This document shows positions 62,701 through 64,000 of a stretch of 64,000 bases of DNA, in pieces. Under the pieces are notes generated by a model. It searched no databases and was not told where the DNA came from. It saw nothing but the letters and a program-made list of their open reading frames with translations. The stretch's first letter is position 1; every line of letters starts with the position of its first letter. The translations under genes and the position numbers were made by a program. Source of the DNA: Eledone cirrhosa (lineage: Eukaryota); contig OZ024750.1 in the NCBI GenBank assembly GCA_964016885.1, forward strand, positions 37,882,001 to 37,946,000. Reading direction: 5' to 3'.

Positions 62701-64000
62701 GACTAACCTGTACACTGTATGTGATGTACCATGAAGCTATGGCTAACCTGTACACTGTATGTGATGTACCATGAAGCTATGGCTAACCTGTACACTGTAT
62801 GTGATGTACCATGAAGTTATAGCTAACCTGTACACTGTATGTGATGTACCATGAAGCTATGACTAATCTGTACACTGTATGTGATGTACCATGAAGCTAT
62901 ACCTAACCCGTACACTGTATGTGATGTAGCATGAAGCTATGACTAACCTGTACACTGTATGTGATGTACCATGAAGCTATGACTAACCTGTACACTGTAT
63001 GTGATGTAACATGAAGCTATAGCTAACCTGTACACTGTATGTGATGTACCATGAAGCTATGACTAACCTGTACACTGTATGTGATGTACCATGAAGCTAT
63101 GGCTAACCTGTACACTGTATATGATGTACCATGAAGCTATGACTAACCTTTACACTGTATGTGATGTACCATGAAGCTATGGCTAACATGTACACTGTAT
63201 GTGATGTACCATGAAGCTATGACTAACCTGTACACTGTATGTGATGTACCATGAAGCTATGGCTAACCTGTACACTGTATGTGATGTACCATGAAGCTAT
63301 GACTAACCTGTACACTGTATGTGATGTTCCATGAAGCTATGACTAACCTGTATACTGTATGTGATGTACCATGAAGCTATGGCTAACCTGTACACTGTAT
63401 GTGATGTACCATGAAGCTATGACTAACCTGTACACTGTATATGATGTACCATGAAGCTATGACTAACATGTACACTGTATGCGATGTACCATGAAGCTAT
63501 GACTAACCTGTACACTGTATGTGATGTACCATGAAGCTATGACTAACCTGTACACTGTATGTGATGTACCATGAAGTTATGACTAACCTGTACACTGTAT
63601 GTGATGTACCATGAAGCTATGACTAAACTATACACTGTATGTGATGTACCATGTAGCTATGACTAACCTTTACACTGTATGTGATGTACCATGAAGCTAT
63701 GGCTAACCTGTACACTGTATGTTATGTACCATGAACCTATGGCTAACCTGTACACTGTATGTGATGTACCATGAAGTTATGACTAACATGTACACTGTAT
63801 GTGATGTACCATGAAGCTATAGCTAACCTATACACTGTATGTGATGTACCATGAAGCTATGACTAACCTGTACACTGTATGTGATGTACCATGAAGCTAT
63901 GACTAACCTATACACTGTATGTGATGTACCATGAAGCTATGACTAACCTGTACAATGAATGTGATGTACCATGAAGCTATGACTAACATGTACACTGTAT

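Larger units (their letters stand above)
1..64000. repeat. Satellite DNA array of a 40-bp monomer (consensus TAACCTGTACACTGTATGTGATGTACCATGAAGCTATGAC), 1,600 full copies, single orientation, truncated at both window ends
   Basis: The monomer recurs every 40 bp throughout, with most copies 0-3 substitutions from consensus (exact consensus copy at 281-320). The last monomer start TAAC is at 63984 = 1 + 1600x40 - 17, matching the net -17 bp from the 18 indels seen (13 x -1, 3 x -2, 2 x +1). Confidence 0.99.

Noticed and set aside
1-64000. CRISPR array (repeat length near the CRISPR range, weak dyad symmetry)
   Set aside because: Monomers abut directly with no unique spacers. The only highly variable part is 2 bp with three common states, and no leader or cas gene is present in the window.
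1-64000. Protein-coding tandem repeat on either strand under the standard code
   Set aside because: The 40-bp period is not a multiple of 3. The plus strand has TAA and up to three TGA per monomer, and the minus strand hits TAG-x-TAG every 120 bp (about 37 open codons; the ATG-initiated part is only 9 codons).
1-64000. Telomeric repeat array (TAACC resembles the arthropod TTAGG/CCTAA motif)
   Set aside because: CTAACC occurs once per 40 bp and never in tandem, and the monomer has no G/C strand skew (G=C=8).
1-64000. Embedded transposon, rRNA, tRNA or unique island hidden in the array
   Set aside because: The repeat phase can be followed continuously from 1 to 64000 and is fully explained by 18 indels of 1-2 bp, leaving no room for an insertion. 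No reverse-orientation monomers (GTCATAGCTTCATGG) were seen.
1-64000. CENP-B box or other named centromere motif
   Set aside because: The CENP-B box needs TTCG....A..CGGG. The consensus has no CpG, and no variant I saw produces this motif.
1-64000. Pure sequencing or assembly artefact (rolling-circle concatemer or collapsed repeat)
   Set aside because: Variants are ordered, shared between distant copies in a nested hierarchy, and form distinct domains, which random error or one circular template would not give. Individual near-identical duplications (8,317, 5,679 and 2,761 bp) still need read support.
1-64000. Prokaryotic regulatory array (iterons, operators, recombination-site cassettes)
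   Set aside because: No associated gene or cassette content is present, and 1,600 contiguous copies far exceed known iteron or operator arrays. Short motif matches inside a satellite are not evidence of function.

Overview
The whole 64 kb window is one uninterrupted head-to-tail tandem array of a 40-bp monomer. The consensus is TAACCTGTACACTGTATGTGATGTACCATGAAGCTATGAC (40% GC, no CpG). Tracking the repeat phase gives 1,600 complete monomers (1-63983) plus 17 bp, and the array runs off both ends. I see no unique sequence, inversion, supportable gene, RNA gene, transposon or CRISPR spacer. It looks like satellite DNA, most likely eukaryotic heterochromatin; the organism and any centromeric role cannot be determined from the sequence. 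The information lies in the ordered monomer variants. They reveal a 59-monomer (2,359-bp) higher-order repeat (HOR) in the centre and nested duplications with offsets from 240 bp to about 8.6 kb, some of which can be ordered in time. They also show three sub-domains, 18 indels of only four types, and a three-state hypervariable dinucleotide. All offsets were read by eye from rare marker variants, so breakpoints are approximate. I found no evidence for a new protein-based system.
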